This document shows, piece after piece, positions 50,629 through 62,513 of a stretch of 64,000 bases of DNA (position 1 is the stretch's first letter; every line of letters begins with the position of its first letter). Below the pieces are notes generated by a model that had not been told where the DNA came from, made no database searches, and saw only the letters and a program-made list of their open reading frames with translations. This stretch comes from Octopus sinensis. Its lineage: Eukaryota. The position numbers were made by a program, and so were the translations under genes. The DNA lies in contig NC_043003.1 of assembly GCF_006345805.1 (NCBI RefSeq), forward strand, positions 114,638,001 to 114,702,000, read 5' to 3'.

Positions 50629-51186
50629 TGCCCTGATGCAGTACCAGGCAGTGGCTCTCATGGCTTCTGATCTTAAGTGATTGGAAGTGTTATCATGTAC
50701 ATTGTTTTGTCTTGGTATAAAAGATGGGCTACAGCAAATATTCTGCTCAATACCACAGATTTGCTTGTCAGTTGTTTGACCTTAACCAGTTGAGCATGTC
50801 CCTTAGTGGCTGACGATATGTGCATCTCTGATCACGAGCAGAAGTAGTGGGGGGAGCATCATAGCTATGTGTTGAGAGGGATTCTTTGGGGTTTGAATAA
50901 TTTCACCTCTGGAAACATGGGTGGTTCTTTCAACATCCTTAAACAACCCTTATTCAGGGACCTTTTGAGCGGGATGTGCTACTCAACCTGAAGAAAATTA
51001 TAACTGGGCCCCACCTGCAAGGTCATGTGCTGTTTAACTTGATATGAGATCACCATGTCGCGCACATATGGTTGTGATGCATGTGCCTGGTGTACCCTTA
51101 TCAGACGGGTAGTCATGATGGGTATATTGGGCTTGGTATATTTTACCGCAGTGTCACTTTGATGGCATGCACTACTCTCTCACTCA
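50628..51186. mobile_element. Family D element, copy 2
   Basis: Colinear with 6461-7011; (AAT)n on both sides. Confidence 0.85.
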
Positions 51187-52079
51187 ATAATAATAATAAT
51201 ATTAATTAGAGCTCAATAGATCTGTTAAAAAAAGTTTGCCTCTTTGGCACGCCCAGAATAATCAGAAAAGTATTACATAGCTGAAAAGAGCATGGTACCA
51301 TAGGCTGCAGGTAGTAAGCCCGCTACGCAAGCAAGACTCTATGAGCTCCAATAAAACCTGTGATAAAAAGAAATGATGATGATGATTTCTTTATTGGCAA
51401 CAAAGGGTTTTCCTTATGAAAATCATGATGCTTTGTCAGTGAACAGGTTGCGGTCTTAAAGCGACGAAAATATTTTAACAAATTAAATTTAAATGTTGAA
51501 GTGAATCTAACGATTTTGTGTGTTCCTTAAATGGCTTATAAACACCTTCACGATCTCAGATCAAGTCACTCGCTATGCAAGTACATCTCCGTAATTAAGG
51601 ACGGCACTATACAAAATATATAAAAGACATTTGAAATGTGCGTGTGTGTATGTGTGTATGTATGGATTCGTGCTTTGGTTTGAGGTCTTTGCGTGTAAAC
51701 AGGGTTACCCAAACAGAAATGATAGTAACAATGATGGAGTGTAATTGAATAATAACCCTACAACGACCCACATCCTAACCGAACATGTTCGAACAGACCC
51801 CGTCTTAAACTCATGTCATTAAGTTCATAGGCTTTCATACACATAACCGCCTCCCCTCACAAAACACTACACCAGTTTTTCCAGCCGCACCCGCTTTGCT
51901 GCGTGCGACCTGTGTCATTCGAATCATCAAGTTTACAAGTGGATCTTTAATAAGTGTTTTTAATTTTACGCTAATCTTCTTTGATATTCTAGACAATCAA
52001 CACACACACATGCGCGTGCGTAACCACATATGCACTCACAATTAGTCACGCACACATTCACACTCACATATTACAGATA

Positions 52080-52229
52080 TAGGCGCAGGAGTGGCTGTGT
52101 GGTAAGTAGCTTGCTAACCACCCTCATGGTTCCGGGTTCAGTCCCACTGCGTGGCATCTTGGGCAAGTGTCTTCTGCTATAGCTTTGTGAGTGGATTTGG
52201 TAGACGGAAACTGAAAGAAGCTTGTCGTA

Positions 52230-52311
<82 letters not shown>

Positions 52312-52538
52312 TGTATGTGTGTGTGTTTATGTGTCTGTGTTTGTCCCCCTAGCATTGCTTGACAACCGATGCTGGTGTGTTTACGTCCCCGTCACCTAGC
52401 GGTTCGGCAAAAAGAGACCGATAGAATAAGTACTGGGATTACAAAAAGAATAAGTCCCGGGGTCGAGTTGCTTGACTAAAGGCGGTGCTCCAGCATGGCC
52501 GCAGTCAAATGACTGAAACAAGTAAAAGAGTAAAAGAG
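52080..52538 (+). mobile_element. Family A SINE
   Basis: Near consensus, small internal deletion. Confidence 0.9.
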
Positions 52539-52559
52539 TATATGTATATCTATATATCG

Positions 52560-52779
52560 AGCTAGCAGAATCGTTAGCACGCTGGACGAAATGCGTAGCC
52601 GTAAGTCGTCTGGCGCTACGTTCTGAGTTCAAATTCCACCGAGGTCGACTTTGCCTTCCATCCTCTCGAAGTCGATAAATAAAGTACCAGTTTTGCACTG
52701 GGTCGATGTAATCGACTTAATACCTATGTCTGTCCTTGTTTGTACCGTCTGTGTTTAGCCCCTTGTGGGTAGTAAAGAA

Positions 52780-52782
<3 letters not shown>
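52560..52782 (+). mobile_element. Family B SINE
   Basis: Head, core and tail blocks present. Confidence 0.88.
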
Positions 52783-52815
<33 letters not shown>

Positions 52816-53132
52816 CTATATATCTATCTGCGTTTATATATGTATGTGGGTGTATATAAGTATATATATGCATATGTATACATACATAAGTTTATCATCT
52901 AAATATATATGATCATGGCCTGATATGCTACTATATGCATACGGTTACAAACATAAAAATTATACAAATCTGCACATTTACATACATGTGCATCCATACA
53001 TATCAACAAAAATACCGTGTTGTTGACTTTGAAATTGCAATGGAGGAGCGTTTGAATCTAGGTTAGAAACCGGTTCTTACTCAATTGCCAACAAATGTTG
53101 AAATAAAACTGAACAACGACATACATACTTAC

Positions 53133-53357
53133 ATACCCACACTCGCAGCAATAGAACAGGTCAGGGTCCCATCCATGGGTTAAATTGATTTCCCAGGTGT
53201 AGAGTAGGTTCCCATTATTTCTGATGAGGTCGTTGGAAAGACCGCTCTTGTTGGAGAAGAATATTCGGCCATAACACTTGTAGTCACAACGGTGCCGGTG
53301 GTCTTGCAATGCTTGTCTGAGGTATTTAACATGCCGACCAAGAGAGTGGTAAAAGCC
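53133..53357 (-). CDS. Candidate internal exon of an unidentified host gene (75 codons, Cys/His-rich)
   Basis: TTGACAG|GGC acceptor, TAT|GTAAGT donor, 225 nt open, phase 0-0: GFYHSLGRHVKYLRQALQDHRHRCDYKCYGRIFF...WEINLTHGWDPDLFYCCECGY. Non-repetitive and visibly GC-richer than its flanks; polypyrimidine tract weak. Confidence 0.45.
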
Positions 53358-55049
53358 CTGTCAAATCTTTTGTCATTCAAATCCACATTTCATAGTCCGT
53401 TTTGTAAAGCCTCGAGGCTGAAAGGTGAAACCTGAACAGACTGAATGTGAGACGACTGTCACGTGACAAGTTGAAGCAATTCCATCGTCCATTCTTGATA
53501 ACGTTTCGGTGGCAAGTCTGCTGTAAGAACGATTTTCGTCGAGTGGATGTGAAAGCAGAAATCAGTAACGAAAGCAGACGTAAGTAAGATATTCACATAC
53601 ACAGTCAACTCTACAAATAAACGACGTGATCGAGCTTTATCTTTACAGCTGTTTCGGATAAACAATGTCTGGTATCACAGCTATATATATATATATATCC
53701 TAATGAAACAAAATATTTTAGGTGTAAAGCATAGCACGGATTTTAAGAGGCACGTGAGATAAAGGCATGTTTTCCTCATCAAGCCAATGTCTTCTAACGA
53801 GGATAACAAACGTACATCTATTTTCTTTATGTAGTCTACTTCACGAGTAATTTATCTTCGTCACCTTCTGATTGAATAGTCCCACTGCGCCTAACTGTTC
53901 TCTTTAGTAGAAAACTAAGTGACATCGGTGTTTTACTGTTTGTTTTCTTTGCTTTGTTAATATAAATAACATTATCTATTTTCCTCTATGCTTATCTTAC
54001 CACTCCGCTGCCATCAACCACAGAAGCTATTGCTCAGAATCAGCTTTTCTCATCATGTTGCGAATACATATTTTGCATTGGTCGAGAAATAACCGCTAGG
54101 AAGGCCTCTCTCACAACATTCCTAAAACCATATTTATAATACTTTAGATCAATGCTTCTAAAACAGCAGCCCGCCCCAGGAAAATATTTACTTAAATTTT
54201 AGCCCATCGAGAACTATACAAAGTGTCGCCTGAAATATATATTCAATATAACAGCCAATCAATTTTCATTTCTTATTAAATTTAACTTGTTAAAATTAAT
54301 GAATAGTGTCAGACTAAGGGTTTTGAACAAAGAGAATATGTCCGAAATTGCTAGTGAAAGTTCAAAAACGCAGTGAAAGAGTTATTGAATGAAAATGTAA
54401 ACAAATAAAGTAGGAAATGTTTCTTCGTGTTTGCGATTCCATTCTTTCGTGTTATCAGAAAAGCCTGAACACGAATGTGCAAGTGTTCATAAAACGAATT
54501 GAATTCTGTAAAGTCTATTAAATTTTGAAAAAGAAATGTATTTTAATAAACACTGACTTAATAATTATTCAACTTATGCTATTTTTTTTACCTTTTTTAA
54601 ATTTTTGCTTTTGGTGAAGTGAGGAGACGCGCTGTGTACGGATTTTACTTCCTTACAATTCTTGTGCACGTTGGTAAAGTTTGAAAAAAAAAAAACAAAT
54701 GTGAATTTCAAGCACGACTAGAGGAGGTCACCTGCATAAATCCAGAAAACAATGACCAAATCTGTCTTAATGTAAACTCAACTATATTCGACAAATTTGG
54801 TTGTGCAATGGGATATACTAAGAAAAGACGACGTCAAAGCAGCAGATCGAATACCTTGAAGGTATTTCACAGAATCTGATAGACCTGTTGCTTAGCAACA
54901 GTATTAGTATATTTAAACGAATATGCTTATGTTTCTATCTATCTAATTATCTATATAGCTATTGCTCTCTCTCTCTCACCCTTTTCTTTGTATATATGTA
55001 TGTCAATAATATATATATCAATATTATTATGTTTTTCTAGTTATGTATA

Positions 55050-55174
55050 TCCTCTGACGAGGCCTTTGGTTATTTAAACATACAAATATAATCTTTAATG
55101 CTATATTACAATGGCATCTATAGGCAATTTAAGTTGAATTGACTCTTGACCATAGGCTGAAACAGCTGTAAGGA
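55050..55174 (+). ncRNA. Type I hammerhead ribozyme motif with an intact catalytic core
   Basis: TCCT-CTGACGA-GGCCTTTGGT..78 nt..ACCATAGGCT-GAAA-CAGCTG-T-A-AGGA; predicted cleavage after GUA (55170). Confidence 0.75.
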
Positions 55175-55187
55175 GCAGTTTATGACC

Positions 55188-55562
55188 CTGTAGTTGTTCA
55201 TTTGGGAGTAACGGGGAAGCAATTAGGTGATATACTTGCCCTTGAACGTTGGCGTAAATCCATGTTCAACTATCTCCTTAGGTGCACGAAACGATGTCAT
55301 TTGAAATGCAGAATTGCATTGTCTGATATTGTCCAGAAAATTCTTTGACTGGATGGAACTGCTTTCCAGAAGATCTATGAGAGGTTGAGGAGGAGGAGCT
55401 GGTAGTGCTGGCAATCTTACCTCACCGACTGTGAAGCGCATGCCATTAGTTTCACTTGGAAATTTAGGCTAAGTTCCCTATGGAAATTTTGGGTACGTTA
55501 TATCTCCCCTCTGTATTGAGACCCCATCGAACCTGCTACACACAGACAGTGACTTTTATAGA
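55188..55562 (-). mobile_element. Internally deleted Helitron: 5' TC terminus plus Rep/helicase N-terminal fragment
   Basis: A|TCTATAAAAG at 55562; KFPSETNGM..GEVRLPALPAPP..LL..SKNFLDNIRQCNSAFQMTSF..GFTPTFK / GQVYHLI matches the Helitron N-terminal domain. Confidence 0.85.
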
Positions 55563-55639
55563 TAAACGTGAAACAATATTATAGTCTAATCAAAAGTGAA
55601 AGAACAAAAGTGAAACAATTTGTGAAAGAATAAAAATGA

Positions 55640-56035
55640 AGGCATAGAGGTGGCTGTGTGGTAAGTAGCTTGCTTACCAACCACATGGTTCTGGGTTGAG
55701 TCCCACTGCGTGACAACTTGGGCAAGTGTCTTCTACTATAGCCTCGGGCCAACCAAGGCCTTGTGAGTGGATTTGGTAGACGGAAACTGAAAGAAGCCTG
55801 TCGTATATATATATATATATGGATGTGTCTGTGTTCCCCCCCCCAACGTCGCTTGACAACCGATGCTGGTGTGTTTATGTTTCCGTGACTTAGCGGTTCG
55901 GCGAAAGAAACCGATAGAATAAGTACTAGGCTTACAAAGAATAAGGCCTGGGGCCGATTTGCTCGGCTAAATGCGGTGCTCCAGCATGGCCATAGTCAAA
56001 TGACTGAAACAAGTAAAAAAGTAAAAAAAAAGAGA
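55640..56035 (+). mobile_element. Family A SINE
   Basis: All family A blocks present. Confidence 0.9.
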
Positions 56036-56036
56036 A

Positions 56037-56352
56037 TATTATACCGCTAAAAATCGGAAAGGTCGTATAGGGTAGGCTAAAGCCCCCTATATGGGCAAGA
56101 GCCAAAATTTGTTCCCTCTTAAACCTTCCCCGAGTAATGAAAAACCTTCATGCCAAATTTGGTATTATACCGCTGAAAAAAAATATCGGAAGGGTTGTAT
56201 AGGGGGACAAAATTTGACCTCCCCACTCGAAGCTTCCCCGAGTAATGAAAAAACATTCGTACCAAATTTGGTACCGATTGATCCAGCGGTTTGGCCATGC
56301 ATAGAAGAAATACACACACACACACACACAAACATACATTGTATTTTATAGA
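56037..56352 (-). mobile_element. Helitron/DINE-like non-autonomous element with an internal duplication of about 105 bp
   Basis: Minus strand TCTATAAAATAC..(TG)n..AAACCGCTGGATCAATCGGTACCAAATTTGG; the tattataccgct...ccaaatttgg unit occurs twice. Confidence 0.55.
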
Positions 56353-57169
56353 CATACCTACATACATAAATAGAGATTGAAACTTCTCTGTCAGTTAGCG
56401 AAAATAACAAGAACGAGATTCAAGTACATTTAAGCGCAGCCACTCATTGATACAGGGAGAGAGAGGGAGAGAGATAGAGAGAGCGAGATAGAGAGAAAGA
56501 GAGAGGGAGAGATAGAGAGAGCGAGAGAGAAAGCGAGAGAGAGAGAGAGGGGGAGCGAGAGAGAAAGAGAGAAATAGTGAGAGAGAGAGAGAGAGAGCGA
56601 AGGAAAGAGAGAAAGCAAGAGAGTTGAAGATGCGACGGGGTTATGAAATGTTTATATACGACAAAGAATAACATCAAAGGGAAAAGCCGGCACATGGATA
56701 GCATTAAACCTTCTCAGACTCATTAATGCGGAAGCGGGTGTGGTTTGAAAACATTCCGCTTCTTAGTCTTGTTACGTGTGTTACAGAAACACACACATAA
56801 GCACACACACACGTACAATATTTTATATGTATGTATATATATATATATATATATATATGTCTCTCTATCCCTAATATATATGTTTGTATATGTCCGTGTG
56901 TGAGTGTGTGAGGCCGCATAGAAACTGCGCTTTTATTTGTTTCTGATTCTGATCAGGTATATACATAAATATTCAGAGACTATACGAGGGAAAACGCTCA
57001 AGCATGTACACACAAACACGTGTATACACTTGCATGTAGTTACGAACACATGTATATACAAGATTTTCTGTTATAGTGTTTCATAAGCATGTTCCTACAT
57101 GTGTGATACAAATGAAATGGATTTATTTATTTACAGGCGGTTTTATATATACATATACACGCGTGTGTT

Positions 57170-57230
<61 letters not shown>

Positions 57231-57489
57231 ATATATATATACACTCACTCACACGCAAACACACACACACATATATATATATATACAAGAGTTTCAGATA
57301 TATTTCCTGTATGTATAAGCTTCTGTTAAATGTCTGTAACTTAGGTCTTACTCTGAAGTGTTGTCATCATTTCGTCTGTATTGTTTATAGACTTAAGCAT
57401 ACAAATATATTGTCCGCATCTCTCTCTCTCTCTCACACACAGACACACATGTGTGTGTGCCAGTGTATATGTGTATCTATATACATAGA

Positions 57490-58385
57490 CAGTAATCCTT
57501 CCACTATTGCGGGTGTTACGTTTCAAAACCCCACGCGATATGTGAAAATCCGCGAAGTAGAAACAGAACCGTAAATTTTTTTTCCCTTATTTTTATGATT
57601 TATATATATATTTATTTTAATATAAATGCAAAACAACACACACGCGCCTCCCAGCTTTCATTTTCCATACAGTATGTGCAGTTCCTTGTTTACTCATCTA
57701 CGGTACACTACGTATTTTCTGTTAATATATTTTAATTAAAATGTTATTCAGTGCAGTACTGAGATCTTTTCGGTTTGAACGGCAGTTTTTAACATAATTT
57801 CTAAGTAACTAAAAAATTTTAAACTTCGTATACTGGTAGAATGTGTTTATAAAACATCGTTTTCTCTTGGTTTTATTGAGAAAATTCTATAGTTTGTAAG
57901 ATATTTGTTGTTGTTTTTTCTTCAATTTCTGCAATTTCAACCAATCATTGACGTCTATTGAGTTCAAAAGCATTCTGTGCCGTATGAATATGTCCCTCGT
58001 TTAAGAAACAGATTGGGTTTATTTACAATTGTGAAGAAATAAAGATACCCTTCACCCACGCCTAATCAACCCTAACTAACCCTAAAACAGATTGAAATGC
58101 AATATATCGATTCTAGGGTCATAATTATGGGTGACAATTTCATATGACACCGCTAGAAAAAACTGCCGTACAAACCGAAAAGATACCAGTACTGTATTAA
58201 TTTTTAGGCGTGAAAATGCTTATTATACCACAGAGATTCAAATCTAAAATCTAGAAATAATTATTGGCTGCAGAAATTCGCGATACACTGAGGAGTCCGC
58301 AATATAAATTTACAAATGTTAAGCAGAAAATTCGCGATGTAGTGACGACGCAACAGGTGAACCGGGATATGGTGAGTGATTACTG
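57490..58385. mobile_element. Tigger/pogo-like non-autonomous element hosting a nested MITE
   Basis: Imperfect TIRs beginning CAGTAATC at both ends; TA on the right flank, GA on the left. Confidence 0.6.
57762..58186. mobile_element. MITE with about 29-bp TIRs and an 8-bp TSD, copy 1
   Basis: GATCTTTTCGGTTTGAACGGCAGTTTTT TIR; TSD CAGTACTG at 57754-61 and 58187-94. Confidence 0.88.
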
Positions 58386-58721
58386 TATACGTATTACACA
58401 TTTCTGTGTGTATATATAGACACACGTACTTATGCAAATTAGTAGTCCCAGCCCTCGGGAACTACTAGATTTATTGTGTATGCTAACAGATTGGTTATTT
58501 GTCTCTCTGGTGCTAGTCGCTTGTTGTACACACCTCTGATGAGAGGGCAATATGTTTCGAAAATGGATTTAGTCTGTTCATATGTTTTTACAATATACGG
58601 AGAATGTGTTAAATTTGCTGCGTTTCTATATACACTATGTACGCGCCCGCGTATATACATACATACATACATACATATACATTTTTTTCTCTCCTTGTTT
58701 CTCTCCCTATCTTCTGTGTCC

Positions 58722-58757
58722 CTTTCTGTAGAAGAGCGTAGGCTCAAAACGTAAAAG
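58722..58757 (+). ncRNA. Degenerate minimal hammerhead motif
   Basis: CTTT-CTGTAGA-A-GAGC(GTAG)GCTC-AAAA-CG-T-A-AAAG; stems intact, core substitutions A6T and G12A. Confidence 0.55.
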
Positions 58758-59848
58758 ACTTTTTTTTTTTTTATTCTGAGCGTTATACTAATACATCTGT
58801 TTTTTTAATACCTCACCTGTCTTCGTCTTATGTTGTTTTTTTCGTAAACTCTCCCTACATATATATAATTTATTTGTGTGTTAAAGATTTCAGTAGTTTC
58901 GTGTAAACTGAGACCCATGCAATCGTTCAAGCGTAACAAATGGGAACGTTGCTATTGATCTCTATTTTGGATGAGAGTGCGTCCTCATCTGGTAAAGTTT
59001 GAGCAATTGTAAAGATCTCTAAATGGAAACATTGGTAGCCTTTGTTAACCCACAATTGATGAATAATTATTCATCCATGCCGTGTTGACATCTCATTCTC
59101 ATTCTTCAATATTACTGCGCGCGCGCCTCTGTCATATTTATTCTCACTTCAACGTGGATATTATATTGGAACAAACTTTACTGTGGTAGTTACCATGAGA
59201 GAAAAAACTCCGGGATTGGCGCTTTGGTGCAAAAATCGAAATGGTTAATCGCGACACCAGCGCCTGCTCTTAGTACTCTCAGTCGATATATCTCTGGTGG
59301 GGAGAGGAATCGCTGCTGCCTCTAGCGGTCGAGAATCCATCAATGACAAAACTAAACAAGGTCAAAGTCAGGTGATCTAGCAGTCTCTCCGCCAGCAATA
59401 GAAACTAGAATGCAGTTTGTACCAAAATGCAAGTCCCAGAGCTTCTCTCGCGGTAACATCTTCAGCACAGTTTGTTCTCACAGAACATCCACTTTTAAGT
59501 GGAGATAGATATTAGGGTTCGGTGTCAGTGCTGTCTCTATCGCTAATATATACTCTTGAAGTCTTCTTTGAACAGTCAGATGCAAGTGAACCTAGAAAGA
59601 AATAATTCAGTTATTAATAAGAATAACTAAAATTAATGTATGCAAGGTTTCACAGCCCTAGCCTTACTTCATATTCAGCGTATGTTCTTCTCGGCTCAGC
59701 CTCGTGTTAAACTTCCTTCTTCGCCCTCGGGAATGAAGCCGACTCTTTTAGTTGGCCCCATTACCTCAAGTATTGAAGAGTTTCATTGATACAATATTGA
59801 CACACACACACACACACGCACACACACATATATATATATATATAAATG

Positions 59849-59971
59849 TACAACTATAAATAAGGGTATCTGAGAGATACCACCATGCCGAAATAGCAGT
59901 CAAACCCTGACTCTAAAAACCACCTATTTCAACATGGTGGTGTCTCTTAGATACCCTTATTTATAGTTGTA
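59849..59971. repeat. 123-bp hairpin (48-nt arms, 27-nt loop)
   Basis: Arms differ at 4 positions. Confidence 0.9.
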
Positions 59972-61404
59972 AAAAATTATTACCTTTGTATGGTATTTAT
60001 TCCCATGCTGGCCACTTGATAATATCGATAGTTAAATATCGATATTATCCTTATTTATAAATGTATAAGCACAAACGTATATAGTATATGTCTACTATAT
60101 TATATATTTATATACATATATATGTACATGTACACACCTGCCTACATATATGTGTGTGTGTATGTGTGTGAAATACACTCACATATGCACACACACACAC
60201 ACACACGCTTTATTTATATTTTTGTTCTTCCTTCGTCTGATTTTCGGATTTGGTCGTTGCCTTTTGCCATGTTGGGACTTTCAAACAAAAAAAAAAAAAA
60301 AATAGAAGTCGATAAATTCGAATCTTAGCACTTTGTATAGTAATAAATTTTATTGATTAGCAACGTTGTTTTGGCCGTTTTGCAAATAGAAGAAGGGCGA
60401 AGAAACGAAAAGACGTAAGACATTTGCGGCAAGTAATTCGACAACAATAGAGTGGGACAATCACCAAACCTCCATTTATACATGGAAGTATCCATAACAC
60501 AATCTCATTCTGCATGTTCCTGTGCTATGCCCATGCATTTCGCTCTCTCTCTCTCTTCATTTCTATGTAACTATCGATGGCTCCACCGCTACTGCTCCAT
60601 TCTTACCATGTGAGGAATCCCTTTCTTTTAATTTTCCACGTCTCTCTGTCCTTGACGAAAGCTTTGCTACATCCACTTCTCTCTCTCTAATACTATCAAC
60701 ACTTCTTCCAACTCTCTATTTTTCTCTCCCTTTCTCTCTTGCTGCTACCACTTTCCCCTCCCCTCTGCATTTCTCTCACTCACTCCAACACATTTAACCC
60801 CTCACACTGCTTCTCCTTTTCTTTCATATTCTTATCAGCCAACGCTTTCTATGGCCCACCTCTTCCATTTCGCCCATTCTTTGTGGTTCTTTAAAATTCA
60901 TTTTAATTAATTGAAGACAGTTGTCAAAAGACAGTCACCACCAAATACAAACTTCCCTTCAGCTGCCATTCAAACCTTAATAAAAATACAATTGTAACGT
61001 AAAGAGCAACTGAACGAATCTTTTGAATACAATTAAAATTGCTCACTTTCATAAAAGCCTGAGTTTAGTGCTTGATGCATCTATGAAAAGGAATGGAAAG
61101 GGGTTCGATTCGAATAGTATATATTTTGAATGCTCTTTCTAAGACTTATTCGCTCTTATGTGTGAAGTAGAATTTTATTTGAAAATCTTTAAAGTGTAAA
61201 TGGCAAAGCTTGCCCCGAATCCAGACAAGTTTTTGTAAGAGTTGTATCTTTAAAGAACGATGCAGCATTATTAATATCTTCTGCTTTTCACCCTAACCTA
61301 TCTTAGGATTGCTTATGCCATGCGTTTTAAAAAGCTGTAAATTACCCAACCCGCTTTAGCATTGACTTCATTATCGTAAAGGTATTTCCGAAGAATTTCA
61401 AACA

Positions 61405-61490
<86 letters not shown>
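61405..61490. repeat. (CTAT)n microsatellite
   Basis: Directly visible. Confidence 0.97.
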
Positions 61491-61721
61491 CAAATTATGA
61501 AGAATTTCAAGTATATCTATCTATTTACAAATTATTGGGTACGGTAGGTAAGTGCTGTACCGGATTACTGGGGCTCCAAGGTTATAGCCGAGACGGTAGT
61601 TATGGAGCCGTTGCAGATTTCCGATGCAGTGAATATATAATTGTTAAACAGGACCTTAAACAATTAAAGTAAGGTAAACATCTGAAGTTATGTACAATAT
61701 TACTATAGGAAGAAATTCAAA

Positions 61722-61777
61722 ATCTTACAGCTGTTTCTGGGATATCTCCGAGTATGGGATGTGCTGTCGTCAGAGAC
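61722..61777 (-). ncRNA. Hammerhead motif with intact core and decayed stem II
   Basis: GTCT-CTGACGA-(29 nt)-GAAA-CAGCTG-T-A-AGAT. Confidence 0.6.
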
Positions 61778-62356
61778 AAATAAGGGGGCGGATATGGAAA
61801 ATGAGAATGGTATGTATCCATAAGATGACAACATAAAGGAAGGAAATAAAAGTATAAGGAAATGGAATGAGAAAAGAAAAAAGAAGCATTAAAGTTCATA
61901 GTTAAACTTTCCGAAATTTCAGAAACAAGAGCATCAGTCTTTAGGTACAATCCTGCGTATATCCATGTGGCTTAAAGTCCTGATATAGTAGACATCCCAA
62001 GAAAAATAGGTGAACATATCAACGTTCAATAACAGAATGGTAGCGGAGGCGGCTATCAATTGGTAAAAGGAAAGAAAAGAAAAGAAATAGAAAGAATGGT
62101 AGATAGAGTGAGGTAGAGAGGATTTTAAGGATTGGATAAAGTAAGGCGCATATATGTATGGTGTCTAAGAATTGTGTATGGAGTAGCCGAGAAGATGAGA
62201 GAGAGAATAGGGCCAACACTCAAGTTGTGACCTTTGATTAAAAGAAGGTCTCAAAATTCTAATCCACAGCTCACCGCAATTGCCTAATAAATACAACGAG
62301 GCCTTCACTACGTGTAAGCACAAATCGTTCCGCACTTTTAAATTCTTTCATAGATC

Positions 62357-62397
<41 letters not shown>

Positions 62398-62513
62398 AAT
62401 AGTAAAATGTGAAAAAATTACAGAAGGCTTGTTTTAAAAGGTTAAAAAATATATTTGAGTCAATATGTCTGAAGAATGTTATAAATTTCTTCCTACAATG
62501 ACATAGTATAGAA

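Noticed and set aside
50281-50670. 129-aa ORF
   Set aside because: It runs through a retroelement 3' UTR, (AAT)n and the start of element D; a chance frame.
58518-58575. CTGATGA...CGAAA hammerhead-like pair
   Set aside because: Stem III and stem I cannot be formed convincingly.
59313-59330. CCGCTAGAGGCAGC CTCF-like motif (minus strand)
   Set aside because: One base short of the CTCF core spacing.
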